The notes under the pieces are model-generated. The model saw only the letters and a program-made list of their open reading frames with translations. It was not told where the DNA came from and did no database searches. This document shows positions 11,533 through 26,221 of a DNA stretch of 64,000 nt, one piece after another (position 1 is the first letter of the stretch; each line of letters starts with the position of its first letter). The DNA is from Eledone cirrhosa. Lineage: Eukaryota. The translations under genes and the position numbers were made by a program. The stretch is taken from the NCBI GenBank assembly GCA_964016885.1, contig OZ024753.1, forward strand, positions 15,872,001 to 15,936,000, written 5' to 3'.

Positions 11533-13931
11533 AACATACATATATACATACTTATATATACATATCAGCACATACATAAATATTCGTATATCTACACATA
11601 CACACACATATTCTCATACATATATACATACATATATATATACATATATACACATACATGTATGTACCTGTATTTACACATACACACACTTACTCATACA
11701 CATACATATACATATATATATATACTTATATATACATATCTACACATACACACAGATACTCATACACATATATACATATCTGCACATACACACAGATACT
11801 CATATATACACATAGAGACTCATATATATATATCTATATGCATATATACATATCTTCACATACACACACATATTCATACATATACATATACATATATATA
11901 TAATGAAAAAATTTGAACAGGGACAAAACAGAGAGGCAGTACAATAAATGTTTATTAATTTCACGCTCAGGAGAGTGGGGGGTAGGTACATATATATATA
12001 TACATATCTTCACATACACACACATATTCATACATATCTTCACATACATATATATATACATATATATTTACATATCTTCACATACACACACATATTCATA
12101 CACATACATATATATATATACATATACACATACATACTCATACATATATACATACTTATATATACATATCTACATACACATACATACATATCTACACATA
12201 CACATATACATATCTACACACACAGTCATACACTTACATATATATACATACATATACACTTACACATATCTACACACACACACACACACACACAGTCATA
12301 CACTTACATATATATACATACACATACACATATCTACACACACACACACATAGTCATACACTTACATATATATACATACACATACACATATCTACACACA
12401 CACACGCAGTCATACACTTACATATATATACATACATATACACATACACATATACATATCTACACACACACACACAGTCATACACTTACATATATATACA
12501 TACACATACACATATACATATCTACACACACACACAGTCATACACTTACATATATATATACATACATATACACATACACATATACATATCTACACACACA
12601 CACAGTCATACACTTACATATATATACATACACATACACATATACATATCTACACACACACACAGTCATACACTTACATATATATATACATACATATACA
12701 CATACACATATACATATCTACACACACACACGCAGTCATACACTTACATATATATACATACATATACACATACACATCTATATATCTACACACACACGCA
12801 GTCATACACTTACATATATATACATACACATACACATATACATATCTACACACACACACAGTCATACACTTACATATATATACAGACATATACACATACA
12901 CATCTACATATCTACACACACACACACACACAGTCATACACTTACATATATATACATACACATATACATATCTACACACACACACAGTCATACACTTACA
13001 TATATATAGATACATATACACGTACACATACACATCTACACACACACAGTCATACACTTACATATATATACATACACATATCTACACACACACACACACA
13101 CACACAGTCATACACTTACATATATATACATACCTATACACGTACACATATACATATTTACACACACACACACACAGTTATACACTTACATATATATATA
13201 CATACATATACACGTACACATATACATATCTACACACACACAGTCATACACTTACATATATATACATACACATACACATATCTACACACACACACACACA
13301 GTCATACACTTACATATATATACATACATATACACATACACGTATACATATCTACACACACACACACACAGTCAGTCATACACTTACATATATATACATA
13401 CACATACACATATACATATCTACACACACACACAGTCATACACTTACATATATATACATACACATACACATATCTACACACACAGTCATACACTTACATA
13501 TATATACATACACATATACATATCTACACACACACACAGTCATACACTTACATATATATACATACATATACACGTACACATACACATCTACACACACAGT
13601 CATACACTTACATATATATACATACACATATCTACACACACACACACACACAGTCATACACTTACATATATATACATACACATACACATATCTACACACA
13701 CACACACAGTCATACACTTACATATATATACATACATATACACATACACATATACATATCTACACACACACACACAGTCAGTCATACACTTACATATATA
13801 TACATACACATACACATATACATATCTACACACACACACAGTCATACACTTACATATATATACATACATATACACGTACACATACACATCTACACACACA
13901 CAGTCATACACTTACATATATATACATACAC

Positions 13932-13962
<31 letters not shown>

Positions 13963-15010
13963 GTCATACACTTACATATATATACATACATATACACGTA
14001 CACATATACATATTTACACACACACACACAGTTATACACTTACATATATATATACATACATATACACGTACACATATACATATCTACACACACACAGTCA
14101 TACACTTACATATATATACATACACATACACATATCTACACACACACACACACAGTCATACACTTACATATATATACATACATATACACATACACGTATA
14201 CATATCTACACACACACACACAGTCAGTCATACACTTACATATATATACATACACATACACATATACATATCTACACACACACACAGTCATACACTTACA
14301 TATATATATACATACATATACACATACACATATACATATCTACACACACACACGCAGTCATACACTTACATATATATACATACATATACACATACACATC
14401 TACATATCTACACACACACGCAGTCATACACTTACATATATATACATACATATACACATACACATATACATATCTACACACACACACACACAGTCATACA
14501 CTTACATATATATACATACACATACACATATACATATCTACACACACACACAGTCATACACTTACATATATATACATACATATACACGTACACATACACA
14601 TCTACACACACACAGTCATACACTTACATATATATACATACACATATCTACACACACACACACACACACACAGTCATACACTTACATATATATACATACA
14701 TATACACGTACACATATACATATTTACACACACACACACAGTTATACACTTACATATATATATACATACATATACACGTACACATATACATATCTACACA
14801 CACACAGTCATACACTTACATATATATACATACACATACACATATCTACACACACACACACACAGTCATACACTTACATATATATACATACATATACACA
14901 TACACATATACATATCTACACACACACACGCAGTTATACACTTACATATATATACATACATATACACAAACATATACATACATACATACATATACACAGA
15001 CATATACTTA
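11470..15010. repeat. Compound microsatellite that becomes a 45-65 bp variable-unit array (CAGTCATACACTTACATAT...ATCTACACAC)
   Basis: Recurrent anchor CAGTCATACACTTAC from about 12220 to 14950. Confidence 0.9.
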
Positions 15011-15504
15011 CATAACAGCTATTATAGCTTAAATCCTGTATTATGCAATTATTCAAAAAATATCTAAAACTGGATAAAGGTATTCAAGAATAGCATTCTT
15101 GATCACAAAATATTAAACGGAGCTTTCATAAATGCCAAAACTAATGGAACATTAACTGTATCAAAGTAATATGTAAATAATCTTCTCAATAGTTTCAATT
15201 GACATGACAAAGTCTCCTATTTTGGCTAACAAGAAATGTAAATTTATTTTATACTTATTTAATTTCCTTTTCGTCTTTGATGAAATTTACTTGAAATAAC
15301 TCAGCCACCTTATTAACAACTGTTCGTCTTTGCAACCGCTGTCAAAATTTTCCTGACAAAGTTTCTCTACAATTCACTATATTCTCCATTGCTCCCGGCA
15401 ACTGTCCCCTACCTGAGGTTCGTATCACCTGAGATTTGATGAAGATTTTAGCAAGTTTCCCCTACTGCATCTCCTGAGAGCTGGTTCCCACAATATCACA
15501 CATG

Positions 15505-15530
<26 letters not shown>

Positions 15531-15536
<6 letters not shown>

Positions 15537-16320
15537 AAATTCTATAAAATGTACACAATGCAGATCTTGGGTACACAAGAGGTATAATGGGATAGCAGGA
15601 AAACTAACAGGAAGGGAAAACTACATATGCAGTAGATGTTCAGGGAAATTTGATAGCAGAAGTGTCAGAAATAGGCCCATTTTTCAAATGCAGGTAGGAT
15701 ATATAGAGGTGGTTGATAGCTTCCAATACCTAGATGATCAGATTTAAAAGGGAGGAAGATGTTCCGAGGCCATAGTATCTAGAATAAGGATGGGTTGGAA
15801 GAAGTTTAGGGAGCTGTTTTCTCTGTTGAGAAAGAAGGGTTTCTCCCAACGAATGAAAGGTTAGTTATATGATGCCTGTGTGAGATGCACAATGCTGCTT
15901 GGTAGTGAGACATGGGCAGCAACTGCAGAGGATATGCGAATGCTGGAGGGAAATGAAGCAAGCATGCTCTGATGAATATGCAATGTCAATGTGCGTGAAT
16001 GACCAAGCGTGAACAGGTTGAGAGTGAAACTGTGTATGAGAGGGATAAGCTGTAGTGTGTGGGAGAGAAGACTGCATTGGTATGGACATGTGATGCGCAG
16101 GAGGAAGACCGTTGGGTAAAGAAGTGCCAAGAAATCCCAGTGAAAGGAAACGCAGTAGAGGAAGACCACGGAAATCATGGGTGGAGGTGGTGAGAGCTGA
16201 CCTCAGATCACTGACACTCACAGAGGACATGGCGAATGACCATGACAAATAGAGAGATGCTGTGCTGAATAGGACCCATTCCACCGTTGCAAGCAAGGAA
16301 AAGGAGACGTAAAATGGTGA
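15531..16320 (+). mobile_element. RTE family A, 5'-truncated degenerate copy
   Basis: Colinear with 2032-2820 (GINSIKCTQCRSWVHKR onward) with stops; flanked by (TA)n. Confidence 0.92.
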
Positions 16321-16530
16321 TATATATATATATATATTAAAATAACAAATTAATGTTTAAGCAAAGAATCGTTGCTTTCACCCTTAACGAGATCTTCTGA
16401 AACTTTAATCTGTTATTTTAATAAATATTTGCTCTACAGTTTTCATATATTTGATATATATTTATCCTTATCGAGCCCTCTTTGGATTTTAGTCTTCACA
16501 ATTATAATTATTATTATATATATATATATA

Positions 16531-16725
16531 ACAAAGAAGGTTTGGTAAGGAACCAGATGGACCATAATGCACTAGAGTACTCAATACTTAGGGTACTAGA
16601 GTGGGTAATAGGAAAATGTTTAACCCGGAGGCCAGAGCTCAAGCTGTTTCGACGGCTATTTCTGGACTATTTTCAGAAATAGCCGTCGAAACGGCTTGAG
16701 CTCTGCCGTCGGGGTTAAACATTTT

Positions 16726-16730
<5 letters not shown>
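16531..16730. mobile_element. Asymmetric fold-back element in (TA)n, PLE-terminus-like
   Basis: Inverted repeat 16608-16730; longer left arm carries GTATTGAGTAC on the minus strand, shared with about 50152-50162. Confidence 0.6.
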
Positions 16731-16763
<33 letters not shown>

Positions 16764-17259
16764 TAATCGAGTATCGAAAAATCGGCGCACGAGTTCACGA
16801 TAAACAAAATTCGAAATGAGCGGCAGAGGGCTCAATAATTCAGATAAATCAGAGCTATAACTATCGTTAAAATACCGTCACACATAGAACAAGTCTATAA
16901 TCAACCGTACGACCGAAAAATTGCGATCTGGAAGATTCGGGACATTCAGAAAAAATATCAATAAATCAATAAATCAAATGAATGTAAAAAGCATACCCGG
17001 ACCCGCTAGAAAGATGGTAAATCTAGCTTCTTGGGTTTCTGTAAATCCTTAAACTGCCCTCTATCAGCTCACATAAAAATATATGAGACTTCTCGAAGCC
17101 AGCGGACGGGAAATTTACTTCCTCAACGAGCCTTTGTCCGAACGAATGAAAAGGCATAACCCAGGCCGAAGAAACGCACATGTAATTCAGCAAGGGAGAT
17201 AACCTCTACATCCGCAAAAAATATTCGGGAAAATGGTGGTGATATACATATATATCATC

Positions 17260-20200
17260 ACCACCAATTGTAGTTGTTCTCTTGGGCAAGTTTCTCTATA
17301 AACTTTGATTTCAAATACATTGACACCAGTTTGTCTTTTGTACAACCCTTGGCATTTTATTGTATGCAACATCAAGTTCCTTCTCAAGTGTTGATGTCAC
17401 ATTACATATACCTGCTCCATATAACACTGACTCAAGTGCTGGTGTCACATTACATATACCTGCTCCATACAACACTAACTCAAGTGCTGGTGTCTGGTTA
17501 CATATACCTGCTCCAATATAACACTGACTCAAGTGTTGGTGTCAGGTTACATATACCTGCTCCATACAACACTGACTCAAGTGTTGGTGTCAGGTTACAT
17601 ATACCTGCTCCAATATAACACTGACTCAAGTGTTGGTGTCAGGTTACATATACCTGCTCCATACAACACTGACTCAAGTGTTGGTGTCAGGTTACATATA
17701 CCTGCTCCATACAACACTGACTCAAGTGTTGGTGTCAGGTTACATATACCTGCTCCATACAACACTGACTCAAGTGCTGGTGTCAGGTTTCATATACCTG
17801 CTCCATACAACACTGACTCAAGTGTTGGTGTCAGGTTACATATACCTACTCCATACAACACTGACTCAAGTGCTCGTGTCAGGTTACATATACCTGCTCC
17901 ATACAACACTGACTCAAGTGTTGGTGTCAGGTTACATATACCTGCTCCATACAACACTGACTCAAGTGTTGGTGTCAGGTTACATATACCTGCTCCATAC
18001 AACACTGACCCAAGTGCTGGTGTCAGGTTACATATACCTGCTCCATACAACACTGACTCAAGTGTTGGTGTCAGGTTACATATACCTGCTCCATACAACA
18101 CTGACTCAAGTGTTGGTGTCAGGTTACATATACCTGCTCCATACAACACTGACTCAAGTGTTGGTGTCAGGTTACATATACCTGCTCCATACAACACTGA
18201 CTCAAGTGTTGGTGTCAGGTTACATATACCTGCTCCATACAACACTGACTCAAGTGTTGGTGTCAGGTTACATATACCTGCTCCATACAGCACTGACTCA
18301 AGTGCTGGTGTCAGGTTACATATACCTGCTCCATACAACACTGACTCAAGTGTTGGTGTCAGGTTACATATACCTGCTCCATACAACACTGACTCAAGTG
18401 TTGGTGTCAGGTTTCATATACCTGCTCCATACAACACTGACTCAAGTGCTGGTGTCAGGTTACATATACCTACTCCATACAACACTGACTCAAGTGTTGG
18501 TGTCAGGTTACATATACCTACTCCATACAACACTGACTCAAGTGTTGGTGTCAGGTTACATATACCTGCTCCATATAACACTGACTCAAGTGTTGGTGTC
18601 AGGTTACATATACCTGCTCCATACAACACTGACCCAAGTGCTAGTGTCAGGTTACATATACCTGCTCCATACAACACTGACTCAAGTGCTAGTGTCAGGT
18701 TACATATACCTGCTCCATACAACACTGACTCAAGTGCTAGTGTCAGGTTACATATACCTGCTCCATACAACACTGACTCAAGTGCTGGTGTCAGGTTACA
18801 TATACCTGCTCCATACAACACTGACTCAAGTGCTGGTGTCAGGTTACATATACCTGCTCCATACAACACTGACTCAAGTGTTGGTGTCAGGTTACATATA
18901 CCTGCTCCATACAACACTGACTCAAGTGTTGGTGTCAGGTTACATATACCTGCTCCATACAACACTGACTCAAGTGCTGGTGTCAGGTTACATATACCTA
19001 CTCCATACAACACTGACTCAAGTGTTGGTGTCAGGTTACATATACCTGATCCATACAACACTGACTCAAGTGCTGGTGTCACATTACATATACCTGCTCC
19101 ATACAACACTGACTCAAGTGTTGGTGTCAGGTTACATATACCTGCTCCATATAACACTGACTCAAGTGTTGGTGTCAGGTTACATATACCTGCTCCATAC
19201 AACACTGACTCAAGTGCTGGTGTCAGGTTACATATACCTACTCCATACAACACTGACTCAAGTGTTGGTGTCAGGTTACATATACCTGATCCATACAACA
19301 CTGACTCAAGTGCTGGTGTCACATTACATATACCTGCTCCATACAACACTGACTCAAGTGCTGGTGTCAGGTTACATATACCTACTCCATACAACACTGA
19401 CTCAAGTGTTGGTGTCAGGTTACATATACCTGCTCCATACAACACTGACTCAACTGTTGGTGTCAGGTTACATATACCTGCTCCATACAACACTGACTCA
19501 AGTGCTAGTGTCAGGTTTCATATACCTGCTCCATACAACACTGACTCAAGTGTTGGTGTCAGGTTACATATACCTGCTCCATACAACACTGACTCAAGTG
19601 CTAGTGTCAGGTTACATATACCTGCTCCATACAACACTGACTCAAGTGTTGGTGTCAGGTTACATATACCTGCTCCATACAACACTGACTCAAGTGCTAG
19701 TGTCAGGTTTCATATACCTGCTCCATACAACACTGACTCAAGTGTTGGTGTCAGGTTACATATACCTACTCCATACAACACTGACTCAAGTGCTAGTGTC
19801 AGGTTACATATACCTACTCCATACAACACTGACTCAAGTGCTGGTGTCAGGTTTCATATACCTGCTCCATACAACACTGACTCAAGTGCTGGTGTCAGGT
19901 TACATATACCTACTCCATACAACACTGACTCAAGTGTTGGTGTCAGGTTTCATATACCTGCTCCATACAACACTGACTCAAGTGTTGGTATCAGGTTACA
20001 TATACCTACTCCATACAACACTGACTCAAGTGCTAGTGTCAGGTTACATATACCTGCTCCATACAACACTGACTCAAGTGCTGGTGTCAGGTTACATATA
20101 CCTGCTCCATACAACACTGACTCAAGTGCTGGTGTCAGGTTACATATACCTGCTCCATACAACACTGACTCAAGTGCTGGTGTCAGGTTACATATACCTG

Positions 20201-23200
20201 CTCCATACAACACTGACTCAAGTGCTGGTGTCAGGTTACATATACCTGCTCCATACAACACTGACTCAAGTGCTAGTGTCAGGTTACATATACCTGCTCC
20301 ATACAACACTGACTCAAGTGCTAGTGTCAGGTTACATATACCTGCTCCATACAACACTGACTCAAGTGCTGGTGTCAGGTTACATATACCTGCTCCATAC
20401 AACACTGACTCAAGTGTTGGTGTCAGGTTACATATACCTACTCTATACAACACTGACTCAAGTGTTGGTGTCAGGTTACATATACCTGCTCCATACAACA
20501 CTGACTCAAGTGTTGGTGTCAGGTTACATATACCTGCTCCATACAACACTGACTCAAGTGTTAGTGTCAGGTTACATATACCTACTCCATACAACACTGA
20601 CTCAAGTGTTGGTGTCAGGTTACATATACCTGCTCCATACAACACTGACTCAAGTGTTAGTGTCAGGTTACATATACCTACTCCATACAACACTGACTCA
20701 AGTGCTGGTGTCAGGTTACATATACCTGCTCCATACAACACTGACTCAAGTGTTGGTGTCAGGTTACATATACCTGCTCCATATAACACTGACTCAAGTG
20801 TTGGTGTCAGGTTACATATACCTGCTCCATATAACACTGACTCAAGTGCTGGTGTCAGGTTTCATATACCTGCTCCATACAACACTGACTCAAGTGCTGG
20901 TGTCAGGTTACATATACCTGCTCCATACAACACTGACTCAAGTGCTGGTGTCAGGTTACATATACCTACTCCATACAACACTGACTCAAGTGTTGGTGTC
21001 AGGTTACATATACCTGATCCATACAACACTGACTCAAGTGCTGGTGTCAGGTTACATATACCTGCTCCATACAACACTGACTCAAGTGTTGGTGTCAGGT
21101 TACATATACCTACTCCATACAACACTGACTCAAGTGTTGGTGTCAGGTTACATATACCTGCTCCATATAACACTGACTCAAGTGTTGGTGTCAGGTTACA
21201 TATACCTGCTCCATATAACACTGACTCAAGTGTTGGTGTCAGGTTACATATACCTGCTCCATACAACACTGACTCAAGTGCTAGTGTCAGGTTACATATA
21301 CCTGCTCCATACAACACTGACTCAAGTGCTAGTGTCAGGTTACATATACCTGCTCCATACAACACTGACTCAAGTGTTGGTGTCAGGTTACATATACCTG
21401 CTCCATATAACACTGACTCAAGTGCTGGTGTCAGGTTACATATACCTGCTCCATACAACACTGACTCAAGTGCTGGTGTCAGGTTACATATACCTACTCC
21501 ATACAACACTGACTCAAGTGTTGGTGTCAGGTTACATATACCTGATCCATACAACACTGACTCAAGTGCTGGTGTCACATTACATATACCTGCTCCATAC
21601 AACACTGACTCAAGTGCTGGTGTCAGGTTACATATACCTACTCCATACAACACTGACTCAAGTGTTGGTGTCAGGTTACATATACCTACTCCATACAACA
21701 CTGACTCAAGTGTTGGTGTCAGGTTACATATACCTGCTCCATATAACACTGACTCAAGTGTTGGTGTCAGGTTACATATACCTGCTCCATACAACACTGA
21801 CTCAAGTGTTGGTGTCAGGTTACATATACCTGCTCCATACAACACTGACTCAAGTGTTGGTGTCAGGTTACATATACCTGCTCCATATAACACTGACTCA
21901 AGTGTTGGTGTCAGGTTTCATATACCTGCTCCATACAACACTGACTCAAGTGTTGGTGTCAGGTTACATATACCTGCTCCATACAACACTGACCCAAGTG
22001 CTAGTGTCAGGTTACATATACCTACTCCATACAACACTGACTCAAGTGTTGGTGTCAGGTTACATATACCTGCTCCATATAACACTGACTCAAGTGTTGG
22101 TGTCAGGTTACATATACCTGCTCCATACAACACTGACTCAAGTGTTGGTGTCAGGTTACATATACCTGCTCCATACAACACTGACTCAAGTGTTGGTGTC
22201 AGGTTACATATACCTGCTCCATATAACACTGACTCAAGTGTTGGTGTCAGGTTTCATATACCTGCTCCATACAACACTGACTCAAGTGTTGGTGTCAGGT
22301 TACATATACCTGCTCCATACAACACTGACCCAAGTGCTAGTGTCAGGTTACATATACCTACTCCATACAACACTGACTCAAGTGTTGGTGTCAGGTTACA
22401 TATACCTGCTCCATACAACACAGACTCAAGTGCTGGTGTCAGGTTACATATACCTGCTCCATACAACACTGACCCAAGTGTTGGTGTCAGGTTACATATA
22501 CCTGCTCCATACAACACTGACTCAAGTGCTAGTGTCAGGTTACATATACCTGCTCCATACAACACTGACTCAAGTGTTGGTGTCAGGTTACATATACCTG
22601 CTCCATACAACTCTGACTCAAGTGTTGGTGTCAGGTTACATATACCTGCTCCATACAACACTGACTCAAGTGTTGGTGTCAGGTTACATATACCTGCTCC
22701 ATACAACACTGACTCAAGTGCTAGTGTCAGGTTACATATACCTGCTCCATACAACACTGACTCAAGTGTTGGTGTCAGGTTACATATACCTGCTCCATAC
22801 AACACAGGCTCAAGTGCTGGTGTCAGGTTACATATACCTGCTCCATACAACACAGACTCAAGTGCTGGTGTCAGGTTACATATACCTGCTCCATACAACA
22901 CTGACTCAAGTGCTGGTGTCAGGTTACATATACCTGCTCCATACAACACTGACTCAAGTGTTGGTGTCAGGTTACATATACCTACTCCATACAACACTGA
23001 CTCAAGTGCTAGTGTCAGGTTACATATACCTACTCCATACAACACTGACCCAAGTGTTGGTGTCAGGTTACATATACCTGCTCCATACAACACTGACTCA
23101 AGTGCTAGTGTCAGGTTACATATACCTGCTCCATACAACACTGACTCAAGTGTTGGTGTCAGGTTACATATACCTGCTCCATACAACACTGACTCAAGTG

Positions 23201-24385
23201 TTGGTGTCAGGTTACATATACCTGCTCCATACAACACTGACTCAAGTGTTAGTGTCAGGTTACATATACCTGCTCCATACAACACTGACTCAAGTGTTGG
23301 TGTCAGGTTACATATACCTGCTCCATACAACACTGACTCAAATGTTAGTGTCAGGTTACATATACCTGATCCATACAACACTGACTAGAGTGTTGGTGTC
23401 AGGTTACATATACCTGCTCCATACAACACTGACTCAAGTGCTGGTGTCAGATTACATATACCTGCTCCATACAACACTGACTCAAGTGTTGGTGTCAGGT
23501 TACATATACCTGCTCCATACAACACTGACTCAAGTGCTGGTGTCAGATTACATATACCTGCTCCATACAACACTGACTCAAGTGTTGGTGTCAGGTTACA
23601 TATACCTGCTCCATACAACACTGACTCAAATGTTAGTGTCAGGTTACATATACCTGATCCATACAACACTGACTCAAGTGCTGGTGTCAGGTTTCATATA
23701 CCTGCTCCATACAACACTGACCCAAGTGTTGGTGTCAGGTTACATATACCTACTCCATACAACACTGACTCAAGTGCTGGTGTCAGATTACATATACTTG
23801 CTCCATACAACACTGACTCAAGTGTTGGTGTCAGGTTACATATACCTGCTCCATACAACACTGACCCAAGTGCTAGTGTCAGGTTACATATACCTACTCC
23901 ATACAACACTGACTCAAGTGCTGGTGTCAGGTTACATATACCTACTCCATACAACACTGACTCAAGTGTTGGTGTCAGGTTACATATACCTGCTCCATAC
24001 AACACTGACTCAAGTGCTCATGTCAGGTTACATATACCTGCTCCATACAACACTGACTCAAATGTTAGTGTCAGGTTACATATACCTGATCCATACAACA
24101 CTGACTCAAGTGCTGGTGTCAGGTTTCATATACCTGCTCCATACAACACTGACTCAAGTGCTGGTGCCTGGTTACATATACCTGCTCCATACAACACTGA
24201 CTCAAGTGCTGGTGTCTGGTTACATATACCTGCTCCATACAACACTGACTCAAGTGCTGGTGTCACGTTACATATACCTGCTCCATACAACAACACTGAC
24301 TCAAGAGATGTTCTGAAAAATATTTTGATTTTTCTGGGTAAATCTGACCTCTGTATCCTTTCAATTTTGTTCAATGTTGTTCACA
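17260..24385 (-). mobile_element. Old LINE RT C-terminal fragment split by a minisatellite
   Basis: Right flank NKIERIQRSDLPRKIKIFFRTSLESVLLYGA; left flank NVTSTLEKELDVAYNKMPRVVQKTNWCQCI. Resembles the RTE-group ESVLLYGxExWTLT..LEK.LD..Y..M segment. Confidence 0.75.
17390..24305. repeat. 48-bp minisatellite, about 144 copies
   Basis: Unit CAAGTGTTGGTGTCAGGTTACATATACCTGCTCCATACAACACTGACT; phase is maintained throughout. Confidence 0.98.
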
Positions 24386-24421
24386 CTTTGGTAAACACTC
24401 GTGTCTACCAGGAGACAACAA

Positions 24422-24813
24422 CTAGCTTCTTTTGAAACAGAAAGATAAACCTACCTCTTCACAGGGTGCTAAACATCTAGTTAATTTATATTGTTATATT
24501 TGGGGAGGGTCATGTTGTTATATAGGGTTAGGGTTAGGGACTGACTAATACATAGTTACAATTTGAAGGAAATCGGTCTGACGTAATGCCTAAAAAAAAC
24601 GCCTAAAAAGCTGAAAAACGCAGTTTTTCACCTAATGAACCTAATGAACTTAGGGGATCAAAAAGTTGAATTTTTTAATGTGCATAACACTCCCTGAAAG
24701 ATAAGTAATACACATGTAACGTTTGAAAAAAATCGGTTGGGTACTTCTGAAGTTTTAGGGATTAAAACTCACAGACACACACACAGAGACATCCTCAGTT
24801 TTATATATATAGA
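24422..24813 (-). mobile_element. Non-autonomous Helitron
   Basis: Minus strand starts A|TCTATATATAAAA, then a (GT)n tract, and ends CTAG|T after a weak hairpin; short TTAGGG run inside. Confidence 0.65.
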
Positions 24814-25016
24814 TAACAACATGAAAAACTGAAAATTGTAGTGAAATATATGTGTGAGATATTTTGATACATAACATGGTACAAGTTTATAGAAAAGTGT
24901 GTATATAGATATGGCTGTACTTGGGGGCTTGTATTATACACAAAGAAATACACTGTGTGTCTGTAGAAAAATGGACGTAAAACAGTGATGATGATATATG
25001 TATGTATGTATAGATG

Positions 25017-25230
25017 CAAAAAGTAAAGAAAAACAAACATCACAGTACAATGAAGAAATATATTATTTTAACACTTGATATTGCAGAAAAAGAGTCATTA
25101 CATTTCGGACAGAAGTCATTCATCAGAAATAAAAGATGAAATAGCAAGATAGAGAGAGAAGAGGAATAAACAAAACATTTCTCTTGTTCCAGAAAAAGCA
25201 TATGTGCATTCAGTCAGCCATGTTGGAGAC
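25017..25230 (-). mobile_element. Hammerhead-bearing PLE-like fragment, degenerate
   Basis: Minus 25130-25095 reads CTGATGA-ATGACTTCTGTCC-GAAA-TGTA; homologous to 8601-8830. Confidence 0.6.
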
Positions 25231-25459
25231 ATATACATATGGTAGAAATACTGTTGTTTCTCTTATGTTTAAATATGGATTCCTCCTGCCGTGATATTCA
25301 ACAAAAATTTATCATTCTGCTTCTCTTTATTTCCTTTAAAATCCCTCCGATCCCCAACAATAATGACATGCTAATATTGGACCAGATGGCACCATGTTAA
25401 TGTTTGATGTGTTGAAACGTATGTTGAAAGCAATTACACAAAATATACGAGAGAGAGAG

Positions 25460-25511
<52 letters not shown>

Positions 25512-25535
25512 TAGAGAAAGAGAGAGAGAGACACC

Positions 25536-25565
<30 letters not shown>

Positions 25566-25570
<5 letters not shown>

Positions 25571-26177
25571 ACTAGAAATTGATTAACATATATAAACATG
25601 AATAATCACAGGAGATAATTTTTACAAGTGTGTAAGCACACATAGCTAGGTAGGTAACTAAATAAAGTTGACCAGAACTTCAAAAATAGATACCTTATAA
25701 TATGATTAATCTTCCCTGTATATATTCCATAAAAGAAATATATTTCACCAATTAATTTCCAGCTATCCGCGTTTACACAAGTTGTTGTGTAAACGCGGAT
25801 TGCTGGAAATTTCTTCCTTGTTGAAAGTCCAAATCTCCACTTCCGTGGTTTACCATCCGATTAATTGGTAAAATATATTTCTTTAATGGAATATATACAG
25901 GGAAGATTAATCATATTATAAGGTATCTATTTTTGAAGTTCTGGTCAACTTTATTTAGTTACCTACCTAGCTATGTGTGGTTACACACTTGTAAAAATTA
26001 TCTCCTGTGATTATTCATGTTTATATATATGTTAATCAATTTCTAGTTATTATAAAATGCTCGGACCTACTCGTTAGAATCTTAGAGCTTATTTTCCGGG
26101 TGATATGGTGCATGTCTTTCTGACATGACACCCATAATTTTGATTTAGATTAAATTCATTTAATTTATCTTAATTTT

Positions 26178-26180
<3 letters not shown>
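25566..26180. repeat. Fold-back element: about 190-bp inverted arms with a nested hairpin, in (TA)n
   Basis: 25566-25755 versus 25860-26052 near-perfect inverted repeat; internal hairpin 25754-25812. Confidence 0.85.

Positions 26181-26217
<37 letters not shown>

Positions 26218-26221
<4 letters not shown>

Noticed and set aside
6555-14487. YI/HT/CV-rich ORFs
   Set aside because: Translations of (TA)/(CA) microsatellites
17533-24316. Giant 1951-aa and 2228-aa ORFs
   Set aside because: By-product of a stop-free 48-bp unit; open in several frames, no unique domains, and the seed is an antisense LINE fragment
24522-24539. Interstitial telomere
   Set aside because: Only about three TTAGGG units, inside a Helitron
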